Shown here piece after piece: positions 52,709-62,775 of a stretch of 64,000 nt of DNA. Source of the stretch: an uncultured Bacilli bacterium (GTDB lineage: Bacteria > Bacillota_I > Bacilli_A > RF39 > UBA660); assembly GCA_947589435.1 (NCBI GenBank), contig CANQBI010000001.1:12740-76739 (forward strand), in the 5' to 3' direction. Both the position numbers and the translations under genes were made by a program. The notes under the pieces are model-generated. The model saw only the letters and a list, made by a program, of their open reading frames with translations. It did not search any database and was not told the origin of the DNA. Position 1 is the stretch's first letter. Each line of letters begins with the position of its first letter.

Positions 52709-53542
52709 ATGGGATATTATAGAAGAGAAGAAATAAATATAGAAAAAGATAAATATGCTATTTTAGATGAAAGTAAGTTGGGGAAAGAATATTCCTTTTT
52801 AGGAAATGGTTCGGAAGGTACAGTATATAAGATAGATGATAATACAGCTTTTAAAATGTTTAATCTTTTAAGAGAGAAAGATAAACTTAAAAATAAATTT
52901 TCAAAAATTGAAGTATTAAAAAAAATTAAAGATTCTTCTTTTGCTTTTCCTACCGAAATAGTAGGATTTAGTGATGGTTATAAAGAAGGTTATTTAATGC
53001 CTTATATAAAGCCAAGCGAAGATTATAGTAGTTTATCAGAATTAAATTATCTTAAAGAATACCCTAAATTATTAAAAATGGTAATATCTTTATCTGATGC
53101 TTTAAAAAGAATTCATAAAAAGGGAATAACTCTTGGGGATTTTCGTTTAGGAAATATTATTATTGATACTAATGATAATCCTGTCTTTGTCGATACGGAT
53201 AATTATGCCTTTTCAGGTTTTGATTATGATATAAAAGTATATCAAATAGATGATGTTGAAGAAAAATATTCTTCTCTTAATTATCAAGAAATAGATAAAT
53301 ATCTTTTTGGTAAATTTTGTTTAGAACTTTTTTGTGATGAATTATATACTCATATAAATGATAGAATGCTTCCAATAATGATTAATATGATGAATATAAA
53401 TAAATATGAAAAAGATGCTTTGAGGTTATTATTTTCAAGATATGGTAATAAACCTTATATTGGAGATATTTTAAAAAGTATTAATCCAAGTGAAGCTTTA
53501 ATAAGTGAAGAACAAGGAAAAATATTAGAAAGGATAAGATAG
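52709..53542 (+). CDS. Minimal protein-kinase-like fold protein, paralog A
   Basis: Gly-rich loop GNGSEGTVYK, beta3 Lys (AFKMF), catalytic-loop-like LGDFRLGNIIID (D..R..N), DFG-like VDTDN. 277 aa. Confidence 0.55.
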   Translation: MGYYRREEINIEKDKYAILDESKLGKEYSFLGNGSEGTVYKIDDNTAFKMFNLLREKDKLKNKFSKIEVLKKIKDSSFAFPTEIVGFSDGYKEGYLMPYIKPSEDYSSLSELNYLKEYPKLLKMVISLSDALKRIHKKGITLGDFRLGNIIIDTNDNPVFVDTDNYAFSGFDYDIKVYQIDDVEEKYSSLNYQEIDKYLFGKFCLELFCDELYTHINDRMLPIMINMMNINKYEKDALRLLFSRYGNKPYIGDILKSINPSEALISEEQGKILERIR

Positions 53543-53544
53543 AA

Positions 53545-54366
53545 ATGGAAACTTTACTTAGTGGTAAAAAAATAAAAACTAAATCGAATATCATCGATAT
53601 TGCTAGTTTAAGTGATTATGAATGTTATGGTAAAGGTGATGAAGGAAAAATCTATAAAATAGATGATAATTTAGCCTTTAAAAGATTTTTTGTGCAAGAT
53701 ACTAATTTAGATAATAAGTTTAAAAAATTAGAATTATTAATATCTTTAAAAAATCCTTATTTTACCTTTCCTTTAGGGTTAGTTAGACTTGATGGTAAAA
53801 TAATTGGTTATTATATGCCTTTTGTTAAAGAACATTTTGGTTATCCTTCTTTTGCTTATCTTAGACACATTAAAAGTAGAAATGATTTAATAAAAATGTT
53901 TATTAAAGGAGATGCCGCGATAAAGTTTGCTCATGATAATAACCTTACTCTAGGGGATATTAAATATAACAATATTTTAATTGATAATAATAACAATCCT
54001 ATTTTTATAGATACCGATAATTTTGCTTATGGTAACCTTAGTTACGATTTAGACCCTAAAGCTTCACATACTTTAGAAAGAATCTATAATAGAGAGTTTT
54101 CACAAAAAGATAATGATATTTATTTATATAGTAAAATGGTTATGAGTTATATATTTAGTGAAGGAGAAATTTATATTTATAATAATAAAGATTTTTTAAA
54201 AAAATTAATGTCTTTTGTAGAGGCTCCTAAAGATATTAAAGAAGAATTAGAATGTATATTCTCAGATAGTGAAAATAAACCTTATATTGGACCAATTTTA
54301 AAGAAAATTAATCCTTCCATTACATTAATACCATCTTATTATAAAAATAAATTAAACACTTGGTAA
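53545..54366 (+). CDS. Minimal protein-kinase-like fold protein, paralog B
   Basis: Same layout: GKGDEGKIYK, AFKRF, LGDIKYNNILID (D.K..N), IDTDN. Shared C-terminal motif NKPYIG.ILK.INPS. 3 nt from paralog A. Confidence 0.55.
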   Translation: METLLSGKKIKTKSNIIDIASLSDYECYGKGDEGKIYKIDDNLAFKRFFVQDTNLDNKFKKLELLISLKNPYFTFPLGLVRLDGKIIGYYMPFVKEHFGYPSFAYLRHIKSRNDLIKMFIKGDAAIKFAHDNNLTLGDIKYNNILIDNNNNPIFIDTDNFAYGNLSYDLDPKASHTLERIYNREFSQKDNDIYLYSKMVMSYIFSEGEIYIYNNKDFLKKLMSFVEAPKDIKEELECIFSDSENKPYIGPILKKINPSITLIPSYYKNKLNTW

Positions 54367-54435
54367 AATTCATTATCTTGACAAATTAACTGATAAATGA
54401 TAAAATTTCAGTAGATTTGTCAAAGGGCGATAATA

Positions 54436-55062
54436 ATGGAAAAACAAACAATTGAAGAATTTAAAGAAGAAAGTAATATCGAAATTATTAAATCACTTAT
54501 GAAAATGCATAATGGATATATTACTTCCAAAGAATTAACCAATTTAGGTATTCACAGAATGTATCTAAATATTATGTGGAAAAAAGGAATGGTTGAAAGA
54601 GTAGGTAATGGGGTATATATGGACCCAAATATAATTGAAGATTTTTATTATATCTTTAATCTTAGTATGCCTAATACAATATTTTCACATATGACTGCTC
54701 TTTATTTTCATAATCTATCTAATAAAGCTCCAAGTAAGGAATATGATATAACGGTAAGAAAAAATTACAATAGTCCTCATCTAAAAGATAATGATGTCTT
54801 TTATGTTTCTGATGATATTTATGAGTTAGGACTTATCGAGGTTGAAACTCCTTTAGGTAATAAAGTAAGGGCCTATGATAAAGAAAGATGTATTTGTGAT
54901 ATTATTAGGTCTAAAAAAAGAATGGATTTAGAATTAGTTAAATACAGTGTTAAAGAATATGTAAAAAGAAAAGATAAAGATTTAATAAAACTTTCTAAAT
55001 ATGCTGATGCTATGGGAATAAAAGAGGAAGTAATGAATTATATAGAGGTTTTTTGTGACTAG
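54436..55062 (+). CDS. abiEi: AbiEi/AbiGi-family antitoxin (winged-HTH) of a type IV abortive-infection TA pair
   Basis: About 200 aa. N-terminal wHTH. 8-nt overlap with the downstream nucleotidyltransferase gene. Confidence 0.65.
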   Translation: MEKQTIEEFKEESNIEIIKSLMKMHNGYITSKELTNLGIHRMYLNIMWKKGMVERVGNGVYMDPNIIEDFYYIFNLSMPNTIFSHMTALYFHNLSNKAPSKEYDITVRKNYNSPHLKDNDVFYVSDDIYELGLIEVETPLGNKVRAYDKERCICDIIRSKKRMDLELVKYSVKEYVKRKDKDLIKLSKYADAMGIKEEVMNYIEVFCD

Positions 55063-55891
55063 TAGAAGTTTAAAAGATAGATTAAAGAATATTTCTAAAG
55101 AAAAAGATGTTGATTTTAACACTTTATTAAGACTTTATATGTATGAAAGATTTATTGAAAGATTGTATGAAAGTAGATATAGAGATAATTTTATTTTAAA
55201 GGGTGGATTTTATATTAGTGTTTTATTTGGTATAGAAAATAGAACTACAATGGATATAGACTCGGCTTTAAAAAATGTAAACTTTTCCCAAGAGGAGATT
55301 ATAAAAATGATTAAAGAAATTATAGCAATTAATCTCAATGATAATGCTAAGTTAAGTTATTTAAGTATTGATAAAATTAGAGAAGAAGATGAATATGGTG
55401 GTTTTCGTATTAATCTTCAAGTTGAAATAGATAAAATAATAGAAAAATTTCATATTGATATTGCTACGGGAGATCCTATAACACCTCAAGAGATAAGTTA
55501 TAAATATAAACCATTATTAAGAAATGATTATATCAATTTATGGGCTTATAATTTAGAAACTATCCTTGCTGAAAAATTAGAAACTATTTTAAGTAGAGTG
55601 GAATTAAATGGTCGAATGAAAGATTTTTATGATATTTATTTAATTTATACGAAAGATTGGGATAATATTAATATAGATAATTTAAGAATGGCTATCCAAA
55701 AAACATTTTCTAAAAGAGAATATATAGGGAATATTATAGAAACTTTAAACACAATTAAAAATAGTAATGTATTAAAAATTAGGTGGAAAAGTTATCAAAA
55801 GAAATATACTTATGCTAAAGATATTTCTTTTGAAGATATAATGAATTCTTTAGAAATAATGTTAAATAAAATAAATAAAGTTATAATATAG
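55055..55891 (+). CDS. abiEii: AbiEii/AbiGii-family nucleotidyltransferase toxin (DUF1814)
   Basis: GTG start. FILKGGFYISVLFG...R.TMDIDSA is the pol-beta-type NTase motif (GG/GS ... D.D) of the family. Confidence 0.7.
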   Translation: MTSRSLKDRLKNISKEKDVDFNTLLRLYMYERFIERLYESRYRDNFILKGGFYISVLFGIENRTTMDIDSALKNVNFSQEEIIKMIKEIIAINLNDNAKLSYLSIDKIREEDEYGGFRINLQVEIDKIIEKFHIDIATGDPITPQEISYKYKPLLRNDYINLWAYNLETILAEKLETILSRVELNGRMKDFYDIYLIYTKDWDNINIDNLRMAIQKTFSKREYIGNIIETLNTIKNSNVLKIRWKSYQKKYTYAKDISFEDIMNSLEIMLNKINKVII

Positions 55892-55974
55892 ATAAATAAT
55901 TAGGAAATTTAGAACAAATTAATTGCTAGATTTCCTTTATAATGTTATAATTTTTCTTGAAAAAGGTGATATTA

Positions 55975-57035
55975 TGTTTGAAAGATTAGATAATATAGTA
56001 GCAAAGTATAATGAATTAAAAGAGGAACTTACTAAACCTGAAGTATTAAATGATTATAATAAGTTAAAAACATTATCTAAAGAACAAAGTGATTTAGAGG
56101 AAGTAGTTAATAAGTATGATGAATATAAAAATACTACTAAAGCTTTAGAAGAAGCTAAAAGTATGATAAATGACCCAGAGTTTAAAGAAATAGCGGAAAG
56201 TGAAGTTGAAAGTTTAACTGCTAAAATAGAAAGTCTTAAAAGTGAACTTGAAATACTACTTGTTCCAAAAGATGAAAATGATGGTAAGAATGTTATTATG
56301 GAAATAAGAGGAGCAGCAGGGGGAGATGAAGCTAATATCTTTGCTGGTGATTTATTTAGAATGTATTCTTATTATGCGGAGAATAATGGTTGGAAGATAG
56401 AAGTTTTAAATGCTATTGAAGGCACTAGTGGTGGTTTTTCGCAAATTGAATGTATGATTAAAGGGGATAATGTTTATTCTAAATTAAAATATGAAAGTGG
56501 TTCTCACAGAGTTCAAAGAGTACCTGTTACGGAAACGCAAGGAAGAGTTCATACTTCAACGGCCACAGTTTTAGTTATGCCGGAAGTAGAAGATGTGGAT
56601 ATTGAAATTAAAGAAAGTGATTTAAAGATAGATGTTTTCCATTCAAGTGGGGCTGGTGGACAATCTGTTAATACTTCTAACTCTGCAGTTAGAATCACCC
56701 ATATTCCAACGGGGGTAGTGGTAGGTTGTCAAACAGAAAGAAGTCAGTTAAAAAATAAAGAAAATGCGATGAAGCTTCTTAGAATAAAATTACACGATGA
56801 AATGAAACAAAAACAAGATGCCTCAGTAGAAGCCGAAAGAAAGAGTAAGATTGGAACTGGAGATAGATCTGAGAAAATTAGAACTTATAATTATCCGCAA
56901 AATAGAGTTACCGATCATCGAATTAATTTCTCGGTTATGGAACTTGATAGAGTTATGGATGGTCATCTAGACCCTATTATTGAAGCATTAATTACAGAAG
57001 ACTTAAGATTAAAATTACAAGGTGAAAATAATTAA
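55975..57035 (+). CDS. prfA: Peptide chain release factor 1
   Basis: PAT-equivalent region. GGQ motif ([11 protein letters not shown]). RVTDHR. Start taken as MFERLDNIV. Confidence 0.95.
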
Positions 57036-57037
57036 TT

Positions 57038-57265
57038 ATGAGTGTTAGTTTTAATGAGTATGCTTGTTTAGAGTGTGGAACAAGACAAATTTTTCCTGTT
57101 AAGAATAGCGCTAAAGTTGGGGTAGTTAATGAGGCTTTTTGCTTTAAATGTGAAAGAAGAACAAAACATGTTCATGTGGGAGACATTAAAACATTTTTAG
57201 AATTAGATAATTCTGGAAAAAATGAAGAATATCGGAAAGTATTAAAAAAGAAATATGATAGATAA
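57038..57265 (+). CDS. Small zinc-ribbon protein between prfA and prmC
   Basis: CLECG ... CFKCERR four-Cys pattern. 75 aa. Overlaps the prmC start. Confidence 0.5.
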   Translation: MSVSFNEYACLECGTRQIFPVKNSAKVGVVNEAFCFKCERRTKHVHVGDIKTFLELDNSGKNEEYRKVLKKKYDR

Positions 57266-57995
57266 TTATGATGTAGAGTTATTAAAAAAATATTTACCTA
57301 AAGAAAAATTTGAAGAAGGATTAAAAAAGTTAAAAAGTGGTTATCCAGTCCAATATATTATTGGCAATGTAGATTTTTATAATTTAAATATTTTAGTTAA
57401 TGAAAATGTGTTAATACCAAGATTTGAAACTGAATACTTAGTAGATAAAACTATTAAGTATTTAAAGAAATTAAATCTAAGTAATCCTAAAATATTAGAA
57501 ATAGGTACTGGTAGTGGGTGTATTAGTATTGCTTTAAAGAAAAATATCGAATGTGAGATTATCTCCATTGATATAAGTAAAGAGGCTTTAGATTTAGCTA
57601 ATATTAATGCTAAAAATAATAATGTTGATATTAACTTTATTAATGAAGATATTAATAATTATGAAGATGATAATAAATATGATTTAATTATTAGTAATCC
57701 TCCTTATGTCCCATATAATTCCGAAGTATCTGATAAGATAAAATATGAACCAGAGAGGGCTATCTTTGCAAAAGATAATGGATTATATTTTTATAAAGTT
57801 ATTTTAGAAAGATTAAAAGATAATTTAAAAGAAGATTATTTAATAGCTTTTGAAATAGGAGATAAAGAAGGAAGTAAGATAAAAGAACTTGCATCAATTT
57901 ATTTAAATAATTCTTATGTTTTAATAGAAAAAGATTATAATAATTATGAAAGATATGTATTTATATCTAATAAAGAAATAATAAGTATAGATTAA
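57255..57995 (+). CDS. prmC: Release factor glutamine methyltransferase PrmC/HemK
   Basis: EIGTGSGCIS SAM motif and NPPYV catalytic motif. Confidence 0.9.
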   Translation: MIDNYDVELLKKYLPKEKFEEGLKKLKSGYPVQYIIGNVDFYNLNILVNENVLIPRFETEYLVDKTIKYLKKLNLSNPKILEIGTGSGCISIALKKNIECEIISIDISKEALDLANINAKNNNVDINFINEDINNYEDDNKYDLIISNPPYVPYNSEVSDKIKYEPERAIFAKDNGLYFYKVILERLKDNLKEDYLIAFEIGDKEGSKIKELASIYLNNSYVLIEKDYNNYERYVFISNKEIISID

Positions 57996-58111
57996 TTTTT
58001 ATACTTTTTTGTTGAGTCATTTTAATTATATATCACAAACAAATGAATGTCAATACATATTTTCGCACACTAAACATTTTTAGATTAATTATTTTTAAAA
58101 CTTTAACAAAA

Positions 58112-58290
58112 ACTAGCAAAAAAGTAGACGAAACTAGCAAAAATCTAGCAAAAATCTAGCAAAAACTAGCAAAAAACTAGCAAAACTAGCAAAAAAGCGG
58201 CGAAAAATATCTAAAAGCGGCAAAAAAGCGGCAAAAAAGCGGCAAAAAGTATTCAAAAGCGGCGAAAAAGCAGCAAATTTTTGCCGCTTT
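58112..58290. repeat. Two adjacent 10-11-bp tandem repeat blocks, about 7 copies of (A)CTAGCAAAAA(A) then about 6 copies of GCGGC(A/G)AAAAA, ending in a GCGGC...GCCGC hairpin
   Basis: Read directly. A5-6 tracts recur with about 10-11 bp periodicity over about 170 bp. No ORF. Confidence 0.8.
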
Positions 58291-58327
58291 AACCTATAAA
58301 TAAGTATTATAATTTAATTTTACTGCA

Positions 58328-59542
58328 CTAAAATTCACTACCTAGTAAGAAATCAATTAAATTTAAATGAATAATACCATCTCTAGATAAGTCTTCTTTA
58401 TCTAAAGAAATAACATATTTAGGATAGTTATCTTGAATATCTTTAAAGGCCCCAAATTCTCTTTCTATTACTTCTTTATTATCTTTTATTTCATAAGTAA
58501 CTTGAATATATTTAGTTTCTTCATCTTTTTTGGCAATAAAGTCTATTTCACCTTTTTTAGTTTTACCAACATAGACAGTATAGTTTCTATTGATAAGTTC
58601 ATTATAAACAATATTTTCTAAGATAATATAATTTTTAAATTCGGGATTATTAACTTTTATTTGGGCAATACCTAAATCAGTTGCATAATATTTATTTAAA
58701 GTTTTTAAGACCCCTTTACCATTTAAATCATTACGATATACTTTTCTAATAATTAAAGCTTTACATAAAGCATCTATATAAATATATAATGTTTCATTAG
58801 ATATTTTTTTATATTCTTTACTTAAATATTTAATAATATTATCTGCGGAAAATTCTCTACCCATTGTTTCAATTAAATATTGGAGTATTTTATCAAATAG
58901 AAAAGTATCTTTTAAATTAAGCCTTTTAACAACATCTCTTAAGATAATTGAGTCATATACACTATGTAAATAGTTTTTAATATCCGTTTCATTTGTAAAT
59001 TCACATCTATTAGGTAGTCCTCCCCATTTAGCATAATCCCAAAATGTATTTAAGTCATTTCCATCTTTTTTAGTTAAAGAAATATATTCTTTATATGATA
59101 GAGGATTTATATTAAATAAAACATATCTTCCGGATAAATCAGAAGATAATTCTTCAGATAATAACTTACTATTAGAACCCGTTAAAAATATACTTATATT
59201 TTTAACGGAAGCCCTTAAGGAATTAATTACTTTTTCAAAGTTATCAACATTTTGAATTTCATCTAAAAAGACATAGTATATTTTATCATCTTTAATTTGC
59301 TCCTTAATATATTTATTTAGTTTTTTATAATCAGTTAACTCTTCATATTCAATAAATTCAAAGTTAATATTAATAATATGATCATTACGAATTTTTTTCT
59401 TAGTGGTAAGTTCATCTATTATTTGATTTAAAATAATAGATTTACCACATCTTCTTATTCCTACAAGTATTTTAATTAAATTAGAATCATAAAACCCTCT
59501 AATTTTAGATAAATAGTCCTCTCTTATAAGCATAATATTCAC
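58328..59542 (-). CDS. COG1373-type AAA ATPase with C-terminal DUF4143 domain
   Basis: Walker A GIRRCGKS. Walker B-like VFLDEIQ. 404 aa. Paralog of the disrupted gene at 15.4-16.5 kb. Confidence 0.7.
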   Translation of the reverse strand: MNIMLIREDYLSKIRGFYDSNLIKILVGIRRCGKSIILNQIIDELTTKKKIRNDHIININFEFIEYEELTDYKKLNKYIKEQIKDDKIYYVFLDEIQNVDNFEKVINSLRASVKNISIFLTGSNSKLLSEELSSDLSGRYVLFNINPLSYKEYISLTKKDGNDLNTFWDYAKWGGLPNRCEFTNETDIKNYLHSVYDSIILRDVVKRLNLKDTFLFDKILQYLIETMGREFSADNIIKYLSKEYKKISNETLYIYIDALCKALIIRKVYRNDLNGKGVLKTLNKYYATDLGIAQIKVNNPEFKNYIILENIVYNELINRNYTVYVGKTKKGEIDFIAKKDEETKYIQVTYEIKDNKEVIEREFGAFKDIQDNYPKYVISLDKEDLSRDGIIHLNLIDFLLGSEF

Positions 59543-59582
59543 CTCAATAACTATTATATATTATTATTCATTATTTGTAAAG

Positions 59583-59654
59583 TTATTACGTTTAACCGTA
59601 ATAACTTTCAAAAATTAAGAATTATTACGTTTGAGTGTAATAATTTCTTTGTAT
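59583..59654. promoter_or_regulatory. Two related palindromic operator-like sites, TTATTACG-N6-CGTAATAA and ATTATTAC-N8-GTAATAAT, in the 5' region of the AAA ATPase gene
   Basis: Read directly: 59583..59604 and 59631..59654. 8-bp perfect arms. Confidence 0.45.
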
Positions 59655-59798
59655 ATAATAGAAAAATAGAGCATCTACCAGTTATGATAGATGCTCAATA
59701 CCGTCTATTTTGGACTGAGAATATCTAATATAAATTAGACATCTCTTTTCCTTACATAAATATTATATACTAATTTTAATTATATATGCAATACATAT

Positions 59799-60758
59799 CT
59801 ATTTTAATATATATTTTGTGCTAGGGCCATTTCCTATTTTACTAATAATATTATTATCAGTCATTTTGTTTAATATTATGGAAGTTGTGGTTTTTTCTTT
59901 ATTTATTAACTTTTCGGCTTCTTTTCTGGTTACTTCATTATGACTATTTAAATAATTAATAATTGTTTTTTCTTCCTTATTATCATCATCATTTTCTATT
60001 AAAGTTATTCTGGGAAGCTTAACAACAAATGAAGCTGGTAGGGCATTAATTTCTAAATTTAAATTAATATTTTTATAATATTCATTTACCCTTTTTAAAC
60101 CACTTCCGATTGCTTCAACTCTTTTTAAACGCATAAATATAGCTTGTAAATAAGGATTTCTTGATGTTGATAGGCCTGCAAGGGCATCTTCAATTGTTAT
60201 ATTTCCATATAAAGAACCATAACTAATAAATTCTATACCTTCATCTTTATATATATTTATAATATTAGAAGTAATCGTGGAATAATCTCTATGGATTAAA
60301 GAATTTAAAATAATTTCTCTTAAAACAAATTCAGGATATTCCTCTATATCTTTTCTTATTGAATTATCTATTAAGCCATAAGTTGCCGAATTAAGTTTTA
60401 AATAAGTTAAAGCATTATCATATATTTCTAATAATGAACCACTAAATTCTTTTCTATCTAAAAAATTAGTTTTAGAAGTTGATTCATAAGAAGCAACTTT
60501 TATAGTAAATGGATTTTGGTCAGATAGTAAAAGTGCTAAATTAGTATATTGGTCTTGTTCATTTTTTAAATGTAAATTCTTTTTAATACTATTATCATTA
60601 ATATCAATATTAACTTCATTAAAAGCATCTTTAATATAATTAAATGTTAATTGTTGATTTATAGATACTGTAGTTTCATATTTAATATTTGCATAAATTT
60701 CTTTATATAACTTTTCAATATATTTTTGATTATAATCAATATTATCATTCATAAACAA
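59799..60758 (-). CDS. AlbA_2 (Schlafen-like) plus HATPase_c_4 domain protein (often annotated transcriptional regulator or RecG-like C-terminal domain)
   Basis: C-terminal block RNPYLQAIFMRLKRVEAIGSGLKRV is characteristic of HATPase_c_4. Terminal wHTH-like tail. Confidence 0.55.
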   Translation of the reverse strand: MFMNDNIDYNQKYIEKLYKEIYANIKYETTVSINQQLTFNYIKDAFNEVNIDINDNSIKKNLHLKNEQDQYTNLALLLSDQNPFTIKVASYESTSKTNFLDRKEFSGSLLEIYDNALTYLKLNSATYGLIDNSIRKDIEEYPEFVLREIILNSLIHRDYSTITSNIINIYKDEGIEFISYGSLYGNITIEDALAGLSTSRNPYLQAIFMRLKRVEAIGSGLKRVNEYYKNINLNLEINALPASFVVKLPRITLIENDDDNKEEKTIINYLNSHNEVTRKEAEKLINKEKTTTSIILNKMTDNNIISKIGNGPSTKYILK

Positions 60759-60854
60759 TTCCCCTTTAAGTAATATTATATAACAAAAATGATAATATTG
60801 TATAAAAAATCGTTCAATCGTTCAAAATTTAACCGAACGATAAAAAATAAAGAG

Positions 60855-61307
60855 TTACTTTCTCTTATGAGGAACTCTTTCATCTGTTAAATATAAAATA
60901 TAATCAATAGGAACATTATAATATAAAGCTAATTTTATTAATTTATAAACCGGAATGTTTTTAGCACCAGTTTCATATTCGGCATAACCATTTCTACTCA
61001 TATCTAAGACTTTGCCTATATCTTCTTGAATTAAATCTCTATCTTCTCTAATTTCTTTAAGTCTATTCATATTATAATTAGTATGATATATTTTAGAAGG
61101 TTTATATTCGCATTTTATTTGAGTAAGTCCTAATAAATAGTCTATAGATACTTTAAAATAATTAGCAAAATCTTTTAATTTATTTAAAGGTATGGCTCTT
61201 TTTTCAGTTTCATACCTTGAATAATTAATTTGACTAATTTTTAAATCTTCAGAAATATTTTTTTGAGAAATGTTTTTCTCTTTTCTTAACACTTTTAATC
61301 TGTTCAT
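60855..61307 (-). CDS. Tandem double-HTH XRE-family regulator
   Basis: Two Cro/C1 HTH units. C-terminal DYILYLTDERVPHKRK. Confidence 0.75.
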   Translation of the reverse strand: MNRLKVLRKEKNISQKNISEDLKISQINYSRYETEKRAIPLNKLKDFANYFKVSIDYLLGLTQIKCEYKPSKIYHTNYNMNRLKEIREDRDLIQEDIGKVLDMSRNGYAEYETGAKNIPVYKLIKLALYYNVPIDYILYLTDERVPHKRK

Positions 61308-61361
61308 AAAAAAATTATATAAAACATGATAAAAGTTGTTAATTGTATGTCGCTTTAAGGC

Positions 61362-61826
61362 TTAAATAAAATTTATTTTTCTTTTATGAGGTATTCTTTC
61401 ATCAGTTGCGTATAATATATAATCAATAGGAACATTATAAAATAAAGCAAGTTTAATTAATTTATTAATAGGTATATCATTGGCGCATCTTTCAATTTCT
61501 TTATAACCACTTCTTGTAATACCTAATATATTTCCAACGTCTTTTTGAAGTAAGTCTTTATCTTCTCTTATATCTTTTAATCTAGTCATATTAGAATTTA
61601 TTGGGATAATTTTAGATTCGGGATATTTAGTAATAATATCAGTTAAACCTACTATACAATCAATTGATGTATTAAAATATCTAGCAAATTTTTTTAATGT
61701 AATAGTGGACATAGTTCTTTTTTCAGTTTCGTATTGCGAATATCCATTTTGACTTATATTTAAATCATTAGCAATTTCTTTTTGTGATAAATTTCTTGCT
61801 TTTCTTAATGTTTTTAAATTATTCAT
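61362..61826 (-). CDS. Tandem double-HTH XRE-family regulator (paralog of 60855..61307)
   Basis: Two HTH units. C-terminal DYILYATDERIPHKRK. Confidence 0.75.
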   Translation of the reverse strand: MNNLKTLRKARNLSQKEIANDLNISQNGYSQYETEKRTMSTITLKKFARYFNTSIDCIVGLTDIITKYPESKIIPINSNMTRLKDIREDKDLLQKDVGNILGITRSGYKEIERCANDIPINKLIKLALFYNVPIDYILYATDERIPHKRKINFI

Positions 61827-62030
61827 ATTTAAATCACACTAAAATTATACATAGGCATTATTTGAGATATTGATTTATGGCATAAGTTGAGATATAATAT
61901 AAATATAATATATACCAATAAGCGACTTAATTGGAATATTTTATTTGTATTTTTATTTCGGTATTTATAACAATTGTATAATTTATTTAAATATAACAAA
62001 TAATAAAAATAAATAAGAAAAGGGAAGTAT

Positions 62031-62762
62031 ATGATTAAAGAAAGACTAGAAAAATTAAAACATTTAGAACATAAAGAAGTCTATTTATTAGTGGGTTTTA
62101 TTATTTTAGCATTAGTCTTAATATTAATTAAAAATATTATTAAGAATACTTATGCTTATTATAATTATGAAACAGATCCAGTACCTATATTTACTAGTAA
62201 AGTAGGTAACTTTAGTGGTAAAGGAGATACTAGTCCTTTAGATCAACCATCAGATGTTAATGTTTTATATTATATTCAAAATGGATTAGATTTAAAGAAG
62301 TATGATGTGTATGATACTCCACCTTTAGATGTTAAAAGTAATTATGTATTAGATGAAAAAAGAAGTAATTGTATTCCAACTGATGGAAAGTATGAAATGG
62401 ATGGAGATAAAACATATTCTATAAAAGAAGATGGAACAGTAACAGTAAAAATATCACAAGATAAACCAAAACAAGTAGTATGTAGAATATATTATAGTTT
62501 TAACTTAACACCATATGAAGAAAAAGATGGAGATGTAAAAGTAATAATTTACTTACAATCTGACACTGGTGATATTGTAACTGTAAGGAACAATAAATAT
62601 TACATCTTGGGAGATACAGTGCCAGAAGGTTATGAAATGGCTGATTATGAATGTAATAATACAAATATAGCAACAGAAGTAAATTATGATTCAAGTAAAG
62701 GGTTTACTTTTAAAACAACAGGAAAGAATATATGTCATACATATTTTGATAAAACTAGTTAA
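62031..62762 (+). CDS. Secreted protein with a SipW-cognate-type signal-peptide motif. Paralog of 1503..2207.
   Basis: TM segment then KNTYAYYNYETDPVPIFTSKVGNFSGKGDTSPL, near-identical to the left-end paralog. Conserved C-terminus. Confidence 0.55.
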   Translation: MIKERLEKLKHLEHKEVYLLVGFIILALVLILIKNIIKNTYAYYNYETDPVPIFTSKVGNFSGKGDTSPLDQPSDVNVLYYIQNGLDLKKYDVYDTPPLDVKSNYVLDEKRSNCIPTDGKYEMDGDKTYSIKEDGTVTVKISQDKPKQVVCRIYYSFNLTPYEEKDGDVKVIIYLQSDTGDIVTVRNNKYYILGDTVPEGYEMADYECNNTNIATEVNYDSSKGFTFKTTGKNICHTYFDKTS

Positions 62763-62775
62763 GGAGGAACATTAA

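Noticed and set aside
58112-58290. Possible CRISPR array, given regular short direct repeats
   Set aside because: Repeat units are only 10-11 bp with no intervening unique spacers, and no cas genes nearby. This is a microsatellite or A-tract array, not CRISPR.
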